Assembly (NCBI GenBank): GCA_951406725.2
Contig: OX597836.1
Coordinates: 28,024,001-28,088,000 of the forward strand
Direction of reading: 5' to 3'
Length of the DNA stretch: 64,000 bases
Source of the DNA: Octopus vulgaris
Taxonomy: Eukaryota
Below the pieces are notes generated by a model. The model saw only the letters and a program-made list of their open reading frames with translations, searched no databases and was not told where the DNA came from. Shown here piece by piece: positions 42,276-56,795 of the stretch (position 1 is its first letter; each line of letters begins with the position of its first letter). Both the position numbers and the translations under genes were made by a program.

Positions 42276-42506
42276 TTCTTTTATTCTTTCTTTTACTTGT
42301 TTCAGTCATTTTGACTGCGGCCATGCTGAAGCACCGCCTTTAGTCGAACAAATCGCCCCCAGGGCTTATTTTCTGTAACCCTAGAGTCTTCTACTATAGC
42401 ATCGACTATAGTAGAAGACACTTACCCAAGGTGCCACGCAGTGGGACTGAACCCGGAACCATGTGGTTGGGAAGCAAGCTTCTTACCACATAGCCACTCC
42501 TGCGCC
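42276..42506 (-). mobile_element. Family A SINE with internal deletion
   Basis: Head and tail are joined through a new palindrome at 42387-42419. Confidence 0.85.
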
Positions 42507-42829
42507 TCTACCTTCAGGAGAGCTTGCCGTCTATATCTCATATGAATCTTTTCAACCGTTCGGAGTCTTAAGTCATTGACATAGCACCGTTTCTTTGCGA
42601 GTACTTTTTTCCATTACATACGATAATGACTGTTTCTAAAGACTCATTCTGTGTGTCCGTGTTTCCGCGCGTGTGTGTGTGTGTGTTCATGCATGCGTGC
42701 CTTTAAGTGGGTACATATGTTTGCGTATGTATCTGTGCGCATATGTATGCAGACGTGATTCAGCTAGCATAGAACTTTGTCTATCTGCTCATCTATTTAC
42801 TTCACTGTAATTCTCTGTTCTTCTCACCA

Positions 42830-42884
<55 letters not shown>

Positions 42885-43181
42885 CTCTCATTCTCTTTCT
42901 CCCTATCTCTTGCCGTCTCTGTCTCTGTCTCTGTGTTTCACCTTCTTTCTCTACAAGAATTGCAGTTATTAAGGCTCATGCTAACAGCAACCGAGCAGAA
43001 CAAAAAATAAACTATGAACAGCGACTTCTCAGCCGTGACCATCTCTTATTGTCTGTTTTTCATGTGAACATTGACCTTGCAGGTATACATTCAAGCAGGG
43101 CATCAACAGTGTCACCCCTTAACGGACTGGATGGGACGCCAAAAGTGATGAGCACATCGGCTTTCTCTTCTAGCAAACTTA

Positions 43182-43219
43182 TCACTGGAGGAGTAATGGG
43201 CGACGGAGGTGTAGGGACA

Positions 43220-43264
<45 letters not shown>

Positions 43265-43473
43265 GAGGAGGAGGAGGAGGAGGAGGAGTTGTAATGGTGT
43301 GATGCTGCCAGCAATGAGGTGATGTGTGTAGCGATGTAACGATGGTAGAAGCGAGAGGGCGGATGCAGAGATGACTTGATCGAGGTGACGTTGACGGTGA
43401 CGTTGACGGTGACGTTGGCAGTAATAGTGATGGTGGCGGAGGGGATATGGGGGGAGATGGTAGTGATGATGAG

Positions 43474-43517
<44 letters not shown>

Positions 43518-43663
43518 TGCTGGTGCTGGTGCTGGTGGTGCTGGTGCTGGTGCTGGTGCTGGCTGCTGTTGATGGTGTTGGCTGCTGCTGCTGTCGGTGG
43601 TGCTGGTGGTCCTCGTGGTACTAGAGTCGACGTTAGTGAATGTTGGTATGGTACTATTATTCT
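43182..43663 (-). CDS. Candidate low-complexity (Pro/Ser/Thr-rich) exon of an unknown host gene
   Basis: Acceptor-like TGTTTTACAG, then an open frame ENNSTIPTFTNVDSS..QHHQQQPAPAP..PTSPSTSPSTSPR; GC-rich, only triplet-type repeats; no recognisable domain. Confidence 0.3.
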
Positions 43664-43756
43664 CTGTAAAACATATCTGGGAACTCGTCCGCTTTGCAAG
43701 TGCTCTGGTGTGTGCGTGTGTGTGCGTATGTGTGTGTGTGTGTGTGTACATACATT

Positions 43757-43855
<99 letters not shown>

Positions 43856-43969
43856 CACAGACACACAGACAGGCAGGAAGACAGACAGATAGACGGACGG
43901 ACGGACGTACAGAAGACAGACAGATAGATAGATGTGAGAGAGAGAGACAAGCAGGCAGACAGACAGGCG

Positions 43970-44000
<31 letters not shown>

Positions 44001-44058
44001 GGACGGACGGACGGACAGACAGACAGACACAGACATACATACAGACAGACAGACAGAC

Positions 44059-44148
<90 letters not shown>

Positions 44149-44361
44149 GTTTCTTTATTGGCGACACAGGGCCGAACACAGGGGGTGGGGGACAAAATAC
44201 AATGTAGAGCTTTTCTTTTCGCAAATTCCGATCTAAAATTCCGATCTAAAAGGATCGTGAAAAAAAAAAGACCAAATCCCCTCATTCAGCCCGAGGGCGT
44301 GACTGAACCCGGAACCAAGTGATTAGGAGGCAAAACTCTTACTATACTCCTGCGCCTATGT

Positions 44362-45210
44362 ACAGGGTGCGTAAAGTATTTGAGGACATACCTTTTTGAG
44401 GTCATTGCTGCATTTTTTGCTAACTCTGTATAATCCTTGTTTCAGAAAATAATAATGGCAGACCCTCAGCTTACTCAAGAAATGGAGAGGCATGCTGTTA
44501 CTGTAGTTATAAAGGCTGAACATAGAGATTTAGAAATATCTCGATTTTTAAAAGTTGCCAGATCTTTTGTCTACAAAGTTTGTAAGGAGTTAGAGACTCT
44601 AGATGGAAATATATCATCAGTATCAAAACATAAAAAGTATTCTAAACGCTCTGAAATCATCAAAATATTTGAATTTATGCAACAAGTTCCACAGACCATT
44701 GATTACAATCTCATGAAGTCCATGAAGTCAAGGGCAAAAGATCTCCATGTGTCACAAAGAACAGTCAGAAATGTTGTCCATGAAGACATCAGATATAAGT
44801 CATATATAAGGAGGAAAGATCAATTTGTCAGAAAAAGCAAAAGAAAATCACTACATCAGATCTAGAAGGTTCTTAAATTGAAAAATCCAGCAGAAAATGA
44901 CTTGATTTGGTTTTCCTCAAACGAGACAAACTTCGATCAAGATCAAAAGTTAACAGAAGAAATGACAGATGGTTATGTGCAGACCCTTCTGAAGTTCCAA
45001 GTGTTATGTATACAAAATTTCCTACAACTGTCATGGTTTTAGGGTTTGTCAGCAATGTAGGGCATGTGATGCCTCCTTACTTCTTTCCACAAGGCCTTAG
45101 AGTTAACTCTGCCGCCTACACTGAGATTCTGGAAATAATTGTTAAGCCTTGAATAGACAGTATATGCAATGGAAGGCCATATGTGTTTCAGTAAGGCCTT
45201 GCACTATATC
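44362..45210 (+). pseudogene. maT/DD37D-type (Tc1/mariner superfamily) transposase remnant
   Basis: TA|CAGGGTG left end; HTH-like region, then WFFSNETNF, NRRNDRW, KFPTTVMVLG, MPPYFFPQGLRVN, GRPYVFQ; frameshifted and 3'-truncated. Confidence 0.8.
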
Positions 45211-45258
<48 letters not shown>

Positions 45259-45443
45259 CAGTATTAATATCCAAAGGTAAAATATTCACCACTTAAATGT
45301 GGATGTTGCATGAGAACACACAAGCACTGCGATATTTACCAAAGGAGAAAATTCTCGTATGGTTATTTTAGAGCCCATATATGCATGTACACAAATATGT
45401 ATACATATATGCACGTTTCACTCTCCTACCACCCAAGCTGCAC

Positions 45444-45480
<37 letters not shown>

Positions 45481-45659
45481 CCTTCCTCACTCAGAGATGA
45501 AGAGCAATGGTCCAATACGTTAGATTCTACATACGTCACATGACCAGTACTTAATGAACTCTTCTCTTGATTCATGGTTGCCAACGCAGGTTATCACCCA
45601 TTTCTTCGGTTTCGGGAGACTACTACCCTTGTCTAAGTATACCTGTGCCAGTGAATGGA

Positions 45660-46385
45660 GTCAATCAGCCATTCCGTCAACCAGTCAATCAATCACAGTC
45701 AGTCATCAACCAGTAAGTCAATTACAGTCAGTCAATTAGCCAGTCAGTCAGTCAATCAGTCAGTCAATCAATCAGTCACAATCAATCAATCAGTCAGTCA
45801 ATCAATCAGTTAATCAATCAACCAGTCAATCAATCAGTCAGTCAATTAATTAGCTTTTCCATTAGTCAATCACGCACAATTTGTCATTCATTCAGTGAAT
45901 TAGACAGTCAGTCATAATCAGTGAATCAATCAATGATATTCAGTGACTCGATCAAGCAATCAATCAGTCAGTTAATCATAATCAGTCAATTACAATTAGT
46001 CAATCAATAACAGTCAGTCAATCAATCAAGTAGACAACCAGTCAGTCAATCACAGTCAGTAAATCAAAGTCAGTCAATCACAATCAGTTAACCAATCACA
46101 GTCAATCAATCAAGCGATCAATCAGTCAGTCAATCACAATTAGTCAATCAATCAATTACAACCAGTCAATCAATCAAGCAAGCAATTATTCAGTCACTCA
46201 GTTAATTACAATTAGCCAATCACACTAGATCAGTCAATCAATCAGCCAGACAGTTAGTCAGCCAGTTAGTCGAGCAGTCGTTCAGTTAATTACTGTCAGT
46301 CAGTCAATCAATTAATCAATCAGTTAATTAGTCAATCAGTTAGTCAATCAGTCAATCAGTCACTCAGCCACTCGGTTAATCAGTA
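45660..46385. repeat. Degenerate (CAGT/CAAT)n tetranucleotide tract, ~720 bp
   Basis: Directly visible. Confidence 0.9.
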
Positions 46386-46804
46386 CTTTTAAGTGTGTAT
46401 GTCCATATTTACGCTTTCTTCGTTAATGCCTCTTTTCGTTTGTTTCTTGGCAAAGACACCCGATTTATTCCGTGCTAGAAATTGGTATTTAAAAAACTCA
46501 AACTTTAATCGAAATTTTCAAGAAAATTTCCTCGTTTTGATTTATATCGATTTTACAAGACAATGGCTACGTTGATAGCGATCTTCTAAAACTGACCCCA
46601 CGCAATAAATAGACCCCTTCCATCCAACTACTTTCTCTAATATGAATGTCAGATTTATTATATAATAAATCTTGGTCCATTTAGAAGATCTCTGTAGAAT
46701 CTATGTAGGTATCGTTCCAGTCCAATTCTAAAGAACCATCTGCAAATGCGATCATAACACAGATGGAAATTTGCTTTTTAGCTAAGTTTCAATAAATATG
46801 TATG

Positions 46805-46847
<43 letters not shown>

Positions 46848-46880
46848 ATGTATATATATGTGTGTGTATATGTATATATA

Positions 46881-46929
<49 letters not shown>

Positions 46930-46936
46930 ATGTATA

Positions 46937-46990
<54 letters not shown>

Positions 46991-47209
46991 TATATCTATG
47001 TATGTATGTATGTATGTATGTGACCCTGCCAAAATATTTCGTTCTCATTTCGCACCCACGTAATTTTACTTGCATCAGTCTTTAAGTATTTCTACAAAGA
47101 ATTATGCCACCCATATCTGACTTAGATTCGATAGAATTGTGGACCAGCATCGATTTTATTTTGTATCATTTCGCAGGGTCGGTAGGAAGTGAATCTGTTA
47201 AGAACTGCG

Positions 47210-47263
<54 letters not shown>

Positions 47264-47906
47264 AGGTTATAAGAGGTAACGGTGTCATTGAGACCCAAAG
47301 GTGTCAGGTAATGCTGAATAAGTGCTATAGTTAAGTATATAGACCATAGTTAAGTTCCAGGTTCAGTAATTTTGCGAATAAGGGGTTCAACGTTGGTCAT
47401 ATGTCAGCGTGTAATGAGATAAAAAAAAACAAGGCTGTGTAGATATTAGAACATTTATAGATAGAAGGTCTTACAGCTTGATTATTTATTAACTATATCC
47501 CTTCATCGGAGACGGTGTGAGAGGATGGTTAAGTAAAAGTAAATTTCGATAGGATGCAAAATAGAGAGTGAGGTGGAGGAAAGAAAACAGATATGAGATA
47601 TGAAGGGATATTGAAGTTGTAGATCCATGATTTAGGCAGAATGGTATAAATGTAAGATCCCAATACCTTATGAGTAAAATCCAACAGAATTTATATATAT
47701 ATATATATCACCTTGACCGACCAGGCTATCAGATGTTGTTACACTCGCTGGTCACAATGCGCTTCGCATTGTTTTAGCCTTCAAATGACGCCACCCCGCT
47801 GGCTAAGCGAGCAGGCCAATATATATATAAAGTGTGTGTGTGTGTGTGCGTGTGTGTTTGTGTGTGTGTGTATGTATGTATGTATGTATGAATTTATATA
47901 TATATT

Positions 47907-47939
<33 letters not shown>

Positions 47940-47978
47940 ACGTGTGTGTGTGTGTATGTATGTATGTATGTATGTATG

Positions 47979-48009
<31 letters not shown>

Positions 48010-48405
48010 GTATGTATGTATGTATGTATGTATGTAAGTATGTATGTATGTATGTATGTATGTATGTATAGCAGAAAACTAACGAAAACACGTGATTTAA
48101 AATGAAGCACAATATATTTGGTTGACCCACGGGACATGGGAGGATGCGAAGGAAGGAAATATCTTTTACGTTTGGAGTTTACATCGTGGTTTCGATTCCA
48201 AGACTGGGCGGCACGTTGTGTTCTTGGGCAAAACACTTCATTCCACGTTGCTTCAGTCCTCCATCGGTCTGTGAGGATTGTTGACCTTTTCGCGTAGCCA
48301 GCGGGGTGGCGTCATTTGAAGGATAAAAAAAAATGCAAAAAGCGCATTGTGACCAGCGTTGTTTAACATCTGATAGCCTTCTCGGTCACGTGATCACGTG
48401 ATCAC

Positions 48406-48453
<48 letters not shown>

Positions 48454-48857
48454 TAGATAGATAGATAACTGATATGCGTCGAAGAATTTGATGTAATCTC
48501 GACGTACAGCAGCAAATGCGGTAGTAGTAGTAGTAGTAGTAGCAGTAGTAGTAGTAGTAGTAGTAGTACTAGTAACATCTTGTCTAGCTGTGTTACCGAC
48601 TCAGGTATTAATCCTGGGAACCTCTTTTTGCCAAGAAGATAGTATATCATCGCAGCAGTAGCAGCAACACCACCAACAACAACAACAATACAACAACAGC
48701 AAAAGAAGCAGCTAACGCCCCATCCCCACCCCACCCCACCCCACCCCAAATTCTTCGGCAATGATAAGAATATCTTCGACAAAAACAACATCAAAAACAT
48801 ATAGTATACATATCAGCACTAAGATACAACATACAAACATAGACAGACACACTCACA

Positions 48858-48898
<41 letters not shown>

Positions 48899-49082
48899 AT
48901 GTATGTGCATACATATACATTTATATACACTCACTCACACACACACACACACACGTACGAACGCAATGTGAAACACTAATCTGGTAACTGATACAGTTGC
49001 GTATTCATGTGTATACATTTATGTGTGTATGTATATATGCGTGTGTGTGTGAGTGAGTGTGTGTGTATATATGTATAAGTAT

Positions 49083-49123
<41 letters not shown>

Positions 49124-49254
49124 CACATGTATATACGTATATTTACATATGTATGCGTATGTATGTATATGTGAGTGTACACGAGTGTGTGTGTGTGTGT
49201 ATAAATGTATATGTATATGTATATACATACATATATACATGTACATTTTCAATA

Positions 49255-49460
49255 TGTGACCGCGTGTGTATCGTTGGCGATTTTCTTTCTCCGTCTTCCC
49301 TTCCTTGGACCTTTCCTTTTCCTATGTTTCTGACGAAGACCTCCGCTCGAAACGTTGAATCCTCATTCTTTCTTTCCTTTCTTGAGCGTCCAATAACACT
49401 ATACTTGCTCCCCGTCCTCGCCTTGTTGTGTTTTCTCTTTGTTCGTGTTTGGATTAACTA
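49255..49460 (+). mobile_element. Family E hammerhead element
   Basis: CTGACGA-A-GACCTCCGCTC-GAAACGTTG. Confidence 0.72.
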
Positions 49461-49667
49461 CATATGTATATACGTACATATACATATCCATACGTGTGCA
49501 TCTACATGTGAGTGTGTGTGCGAGTGTGTATGTATAAATTTATATGTATACACATACATATATCTATGTACATATGCATATATGTACATACATATATGTA
49601 TGCGTGTGTATGAATACATATGTATATATATATATATATTTATTTATATATATACGCACACACATGT

Positions 49668-49742
<75 letters not shown>

Positions 49743-49821
49743 CAAGTATATATGTATATATATATACATACATACGACGGGCTTCTTTCAGTTTCCGTCG
49801 GTACGAGGCTATAGTAGAAAA

Positions 49822-49904
<83 letters not shown>

Positions 49905-50131
49905 TGTATGTATGTATGCATAGAATTGGTTATGAAGTAAGAAGTTTGTTTCTCAACTACATTCGTTTTGAGTTCAGACCCACAGTGTGACACCTTGGGC
50001 AGGTGTATTCTGCTGTATTTCTGGGTGAACTACAACCTTTTGAGTGACTATCATAGAGAGAAGCTGAAAGAAACTCACCTAGACAGACAGACAGACAGAC
50101 AGACAGATGGACAAATAGATAGATAGATAAA

Positions 50132-50338
50132 GTTAATCCAAACATGAAAACACAAAGAGAAAATACAACAACGCAAGGACGTGGAACAAATATAGTATTA
50201 TTGGACGCTCAGGAAGGAAGGGAAGAAGGAGGGTTTAACGTTTCGAGCGGAGCTCTTCGTCAGAAATACAGGAAAAGGAGAGATCCAGAGAAGGGAAGAC
50301 GGAGGAAAAAAATCACTAACTGTACACACGCGGTCACA
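50132..50338 (-). mobile_element. Family E hammerhead element, best-preserved core
   Basis: Minus strand TTT-CTGACGA-A-GAGC-TCC-GCTC-GAAACGTT-AAA. Confidence 0.75.
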
Positions 50339-50428
50339 TTTTGAATATACACACACATACACACACACATATATACATGTATATAAATGTATACATTTAC
50401 AAAGAGACAAATAGATATACATACATAC

Positions 50429-50473
<45 letters not shown>

Positions 50474-51123
50474 ACCAAAAGTGCAACTTATAATTTCGTG
50501 CTTCTATGATACTTGAGCAGGCATATTTATAAAATACATCATGTAACTTAAGCTCTGTTTATGCGTTATATCGATAGATATTCATATATACATATACGTA
50601 TATACATAAATTTACATAAATATTTATATATATTTATACACGTGCATATGTTTATCATATATATCATACAAACACATAGAGATATATTCATAGACATATA
50701 AATATATTTACATACATACACACATACATACATACACACATGCATACATACATACATACATACATGCATACATACATACATACATACATACATACATACA
50801 TACATACATACATACATACATACATACGTACGTACTTACACACATACATACCTCGTTTTTGTATTTGGTCTGAAGGTTGCTTTATGGGAATTCGTGTCTT
50901 GAAACAAGTTTTGTTGTGACTTCGGAGGGTCTATACCTCAATATTAACAACACACACACCGGTTCAATTTCGGTTTAGTTTTACTCCACAAGTTAACTAT
51001 TTCACTAGCAATTAAGGAGTGGTATTAAACTGGTGCGTGGGTCATTAATATTTGCGTAATTATTCTCCCATGTCACAACGAAAGATAAACAGATTGATAG
51101 ACAGACAGACAGACAGACAGACA

Positions 51124-51211
<88 letters not shown>

Positions 51212-51438
51212 ATAAATTGTTAATTGGCAACGCTGTTTGATGCCGAAGCTATGGAGTGTAAACAGATGTAAACACACCTCGTTATTATCTTCATAGAGCC
51301 CACCCACCACCCACCGAAAAAAGGGCCATTTGTGCGAAGAGAGGAATAAAATGTATTCACATGTTTACTTTACATAGCATAGGAGTTTACAACCAGTCTA
51401 GTGTATTTCATTCTCTTATGCACGCTGTGTCTCTAGTT

Positions 51439-51477
<39 letters not shown>

Positions 51478-51739
51478 CCTTCGAAACGTAGCGTAGATGA
51501 AACATTTAGCGACTGAAGAAGGGGTTTGTTCTTTGTGTTAATTGTCCTGTACTCTATTTTTTTTGGCTGTTTTTTTTTTAAAATGTCCAGTTCCTTTGGT
51601 TTGTGTCTATGTTTTCGTTTCTCATTGTTTTTCGACGTCCTTTTGGTGTCCTGTACTCATATATGCGTGTATATGTACATGTAGAGGTAGGTACGTACAT
51701 ATATGTTTATATATATATGCATATGTTTTATTTTATTTA

Positions 51740-51821
<82 letters not shown>

Positions 51822-51829
<8 letters not shown>

Positions 51830-52090
51830 ATGTTACATTACTCGGTAGTCAAGATAAAACTCTGAGTTTCAGATGCCGAAGTGGAAATCCACAACACCAT
51901 CTCTTCGGTTATCTGGCTATCGGAAATAGCCAGATAACCGAAGAGATGGTGTTGTGGATTTCCACTTCGGCATCTGAAACTCAGAGTTTTATCTTGACTA
52001 CCGAGTAATGTAACATATTGTATAGATAAATTTCCTCTATTTACATAATATTGAGGTCTCTTTCTTTCTTTTGTTATCTTACCGTTTTAT
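51822..52090. mobile_element. (TA)n-embedded fold-back element with a perfect 99-bp palindrome and paired hammerhead motifs
   Basis: Arms 51822-51920/51926-52024 are perfectly complementary around the loop CGGAA; each arm has CCGAAGA..GAAAC-TCAGA-GTT. Confidence 0.85.
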
Positions 52091-52149
<59 letters not shown>

Positions 52150-52264
52150 GGAGTAAACACATAGATGTGAAACAAGGTGGAAAAAAGAGTACTCAAATAC
52201 GGGAACGTGAAACTCAGAGTAACAGGTTTTGTTGAATTTTCTGCTGCTTTAAATAAAGTATATA

Positions 52265-52300
<36 letters not shown>

Positions 52301-52342
52301 TGTATGTATGTATGTATGTATGTATGTATGTATGTATGTGTA

Positions 52343-52771
52343 TTCTTTTATTCTTTCACTTGTTTCAGTCATTTGACTGCAGCCATGCTGGAGCACCACC
52401 TTTAGTCGAGCAAATCGACCCCAAGACTTATTCTTTGTAAGCCTAGTACTTATTTTATCGGTCGCTTTTGCCGAACCGCTCAGTTACGGGGGGTCGTAAA
52501 CACACCGGCATCTGTTGTCAAGCAATGGTGGGGGACAAACACAGACACAAACAACAAACACACACATAGATATATATACATATACATTCCCTATCTCTTT
52601 TTCCACAATAATTCGAACTCAGATATTTTCTCACACCGTCGCTGATGAAGGGATGTTCATAATATCCCAGAAACAGCTGTAAGACTATGTCCTTATATGT
52701 GTCCTCAAAACTCCTCGTAGCCTTGGATTTGTTATCTCATTCTGTCTAACACACACACACATACACACAGT

Positions 52772-52829
<58 letters not shown>

Positions 52830-52988
52830 GATAGGCTTCTTTCAGTTTCCGTCTACCAAATCCACCACTCACAAGGCTTTGGTCGACCCGAGGCTATAGT
52901 AGAAAACACTTGTCCAAGGTGCCACGCAGTGGGACTGAACCCTGTACCATGTGGTTGGAAAGCAACCTTCTTACCACACAGCCACTCC

Positions 52989-52991
<3 letters not shown>
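52343..52991 (-). mobile_element. Family A SINE with an insert (52588-52748) in its microsatellite
   Basis: Tail at 52343-52550, head at 52828-52991. Confidence 0.88.
52636..52686 (+). ncRNA. Minimal type-I hammerhead ribozyme motif
   Basis: GTCG-CTGATGA-A-GGGAT-loop-ATCCC-A-GAAAC-AGCT-GTA-AGAC: complete core, helix II, and a palindromic AGCT in helix III; degenerate homologue at 47466-47522(-). Confidence 0.8.
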
Positions 52992-53052
<61 letters not shown>

Positions 53053-53208
53053 TATGTATGTATACATTCGCGCACATATAACATTGTGTATGTGTGTGTA
53101 ATCTTAAATCTGTACTTATTCACCTAGACATGCACGTATGCTTATGTTTGTACATACACATTTACCGGTACATACATTCACGCACACACGCATACACTCA
53201 CATACATA

Positions 53209-53275
53209 CGGGGTTTGAACCTGTAGCCCTCAGATACCGGCTGAGTGCTCTGCCATTAAGCTAAACCAGTCTCTG
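53209..53275 (-). pseudogene. tRNA-like sequence (pseudo-tRNA or isolated SINE head)
   Basis: TAGCTTAATGGCAGAGC (A box), stem CTCAG-CCGGTAT-CTGAG, GGTTCAAACCC (B box); acceptor stem not intact. Confidence 0.5.
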
Positions 53276-53790
53276 ACTACAATTCCCGTCAACTTCAATG
53301 CTAAATTATAGCTTTTCTAATGCGACGTTTTATAAACAAAGCGCTGAATGTTTGGGCTTTCAAATATATATTTCCAACCACATGGTTCCGGGTCCAGTCC
53401 CACCGCGTGGCAATTTGGGCAAGAGTTTTCTGCTATAACCCTCAGGCCGACCAAAGCCTTGTGAATGGATTTAGTAGACGAAAACTGAAAGAAGCCCGTC
53501 GTGTATATATATATAGATTTTCCTTTGGGGCTGGCCAGATCGGAGCAATCTTAAGATTAATCAGCCGAAATTGCGAGGATGATCCGGTTCTTGACTGAAG
53601 ATTGAAGGCTTCGAATGTCCCGTCCGTGTTTTTGTATCGTCTTCTAAATGTTTTGCGTTCTTGTCCCAGTTTGTATTTTTTTACATATATATATATATAT
53701 ACACAGATATACACACATACATGTACATGCCAACATATATATGTATATATACATGCATATATGGGTACAGGGCGTCAAAAAGACGTGAAA

Positions 53791-53904
<114 letters not shown>

Positions 53905-54968
53905 ATATATGTATGTATGAAGGCATACCTGCCATCCAAGTTTCTTCACAACTCACAGAAAATTTTTGTATTTTTTAAATCAGATTTTGTAGAAATTCCT
54001 TTCAGATGATATAGATAACGATTCTATTGGAATTTAATTTTTTTTTTTAATATATTCATGCGCACATATACATACCAACACACTTCATAATCATTTTTCA
54101 CACTCTCACACACTCACACTAACACTCACATAAATGCATTATATACAAACATACATCTTCATAGATGCTCGTGCGTGCGATATACAAACACACATAAAGA
54201 GATAAACTGATAAATACATATACATATATATATACATATAAGAAGACCTATTACACAGAAAAAAACTTTCCTTTTGTTAATAACTATTGTATTTTGTTTA
54301 ATATTCTTCAAATAAATATTCTTACTGCGACCACTCTGGAATATATAGCTAAAATACAGTATGTCTTTCCGCTTGTTAGCATAGCTCAGTTAGGAAGGTG
54401 TCGGCTTACTGTCCGAATGGGCAGTGGTTCGAATTTGGTGACAGCAATTGCCATATATATTTCATTGTTATACAGAATTTTAAGATGAAATAATGTGAGA
54501 TTGTAGACACACGTAATTATTATATATGTTATGCATATTATTGTGAGGTCAGAGTGTACAGTATGCCCTTTACGTAAGGTACATCATGATTGATAGATGA
54601 TGTATTATATAATGATTGTGATGTGTGTTAGGACTAAAGAGACTCCTACCACTCCTATCAATAGCTTCCATATGGCACCGAGAAAATGAGGGTCGTGGTC
54701 GCTCGACGCGCAACATCCTGTAAAAAATATATATTATTAGGATACGCTTCGCATCTATTCTACCTTATATATTCGAAAGTAGGGGAAATTACACTCTGAA
54801 GAAAAGCAGCATATCCTGGGAGTAGGGGGGGATAGTAACAGTATGAAAAACAAAACAAAAAACATTATCACACTTACCGCAAACATTTCCAAATAATAAT
54901 AATGTTCATCCGGGCACAAAAGTATAAAGAGCGTATATAATCCACATACACTCGCGTATACACATAGG

Positions 54969-55001
<33 letters not shown>

Positions 55002-55180
55002 GGTATTTTATATATGTTCAAATTCCGCTGAGGTCGACTTTGCCTTTCATCCTTTCGGGGGTCGATAAATTAAGTACCAGTTACGTACTGAGGGGGGGCG
55101 TTCGATGTAATCGACTTTATCCGTTTGTCTGTCCTTGTTTGTCCCCTCTAAGTTTAGCCCCTTGTGGTTAATAAAAAAAC

Positions 55181-55240
<60 letters not shown>

Positions 55241-55462
55241 ATGTATGTATATGTGTGTGTGTGTGTGTCTAAGGGTGCATAAATTTATACAGATAAATTC
55301 ATGTTTATATTCAAATATATGTCATGAAAAATATTCCTGTATTTATGTTCAGGCGAATGCCGTTTTCAACTCAGCTATATCAACACGCTTCTTTGGTATT
55401 TCAAAGTGCATCTTGTGTCTTCTTGTACCTGTATATGTAAGTGGCTCTCTCTCTTTCTCTCT

Positions 55463-55505
<43 letters not shown>

Positions 55506-56325
55506 GCTCGCTCTCTCTCTCTCTTTATATATGTATGTACACAGCGGAACCGTGTGAGATTCTAGACTCGTGCGCGGTCTCCTTGAAGCATCTCCACAAC
55601 TAATGTAGAAGAAAGCGGGGGAAAAATATTTTTGGACAAGGTAGACCTCTGCAGAAGTTAATCGAAGCGTCGTGTTCACGGCTAGAGGACCTTTGATCAC
55701 TGATATGCAATGGCGAGGCTGACCTGGAGCGACACGACAACAATAGGTGTACAAAAGGATGCGTTGTTTCGAGACATACCATCATTATAGAGCGGTAGAG
55801 CGAGAGAGAGAGAGAGAGAGAGATGAAAATAGAAACGGAGAGAAAAAAAAAAGGCGAAAGAGAGAAGCAGGGAGGAGAGAAAGAAAGAAGGAGCATGAGA
55901 CGGACGAATAGGAGAATTATTGAAGGGGGACTGATGATGTATGAATGAGAGAGAAGGAGGAGGTACGGTGAGAGAAGTAAGAGCAAGTGGAGGAGGAGGA
56001 GGAGAGATACAGGAACAGTTTTGTTTATGTTCGAGGGAATTTGCAAATATCTACTTCTTTCCACTTTCTATAAATCTTTTTTTTCACTCTCACGAAGTAC
56101 ACACACATATATATTAGATATAAATAGACACACACACACACACACACACACGCGTGCGCACAGACGGAGAGGATAGATAGATAGATAAACAGACAGACTA
56201 ACAGACAGACAGACAGACATACAGACAGACCGACAGACCTACAGACAGACAGTCAGACAGACAGACAGACAGACAGATTATCTATGTAAGTATATGCACA
56301 TGGATGGATTTATATATATGTATTT

Positions 56326-56386
<61 letters not shown>

Positions 56387-56608
56387 CAGCGTTCATGCGT
56401 TTGGACTATTTTTCCTACTAGTGAGAACTATCTGCTGCTTCTCACCACGGTGGATAACAAACTTCTGCAAAGCCCGCTGACTTTCCTGTATTATAAATTA
56501 AACCAAACTAAAAGCCCCGCCGCCGCCACTATCACGTTGCACGCGTTCCATTTAACACTCACACTTTCTCTCTCTCTCTACACACACATCTCTCTCTCTA
56601 CCGACACA

Positions 56609-56646
<38 letters not shown>

Positions 56647-56650
56647 CACA

Positions 56651-56685
<35 letters not shown>

Positions 56686-56764
56686 ACCTACACATCTCTC
56701 TATCTCTCTCTCTCTCTACCGACACATCTCTCTATCTCTCTATCTATCTATCTATCTACACATC

Positions 56765-56795
<31 letters not shown>

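Noticed and set aside
48470-48790. Triplet-rich segment as an exon
   Set aside because: No convincing splice pair; the only long open frame is poly-Leu/Val from the repeats.
54372-54450. tRNA-like sequence
   Set aside because: A/B-box echoes only; acceptor and T stems do not pair, so it is probably an old SINE head.
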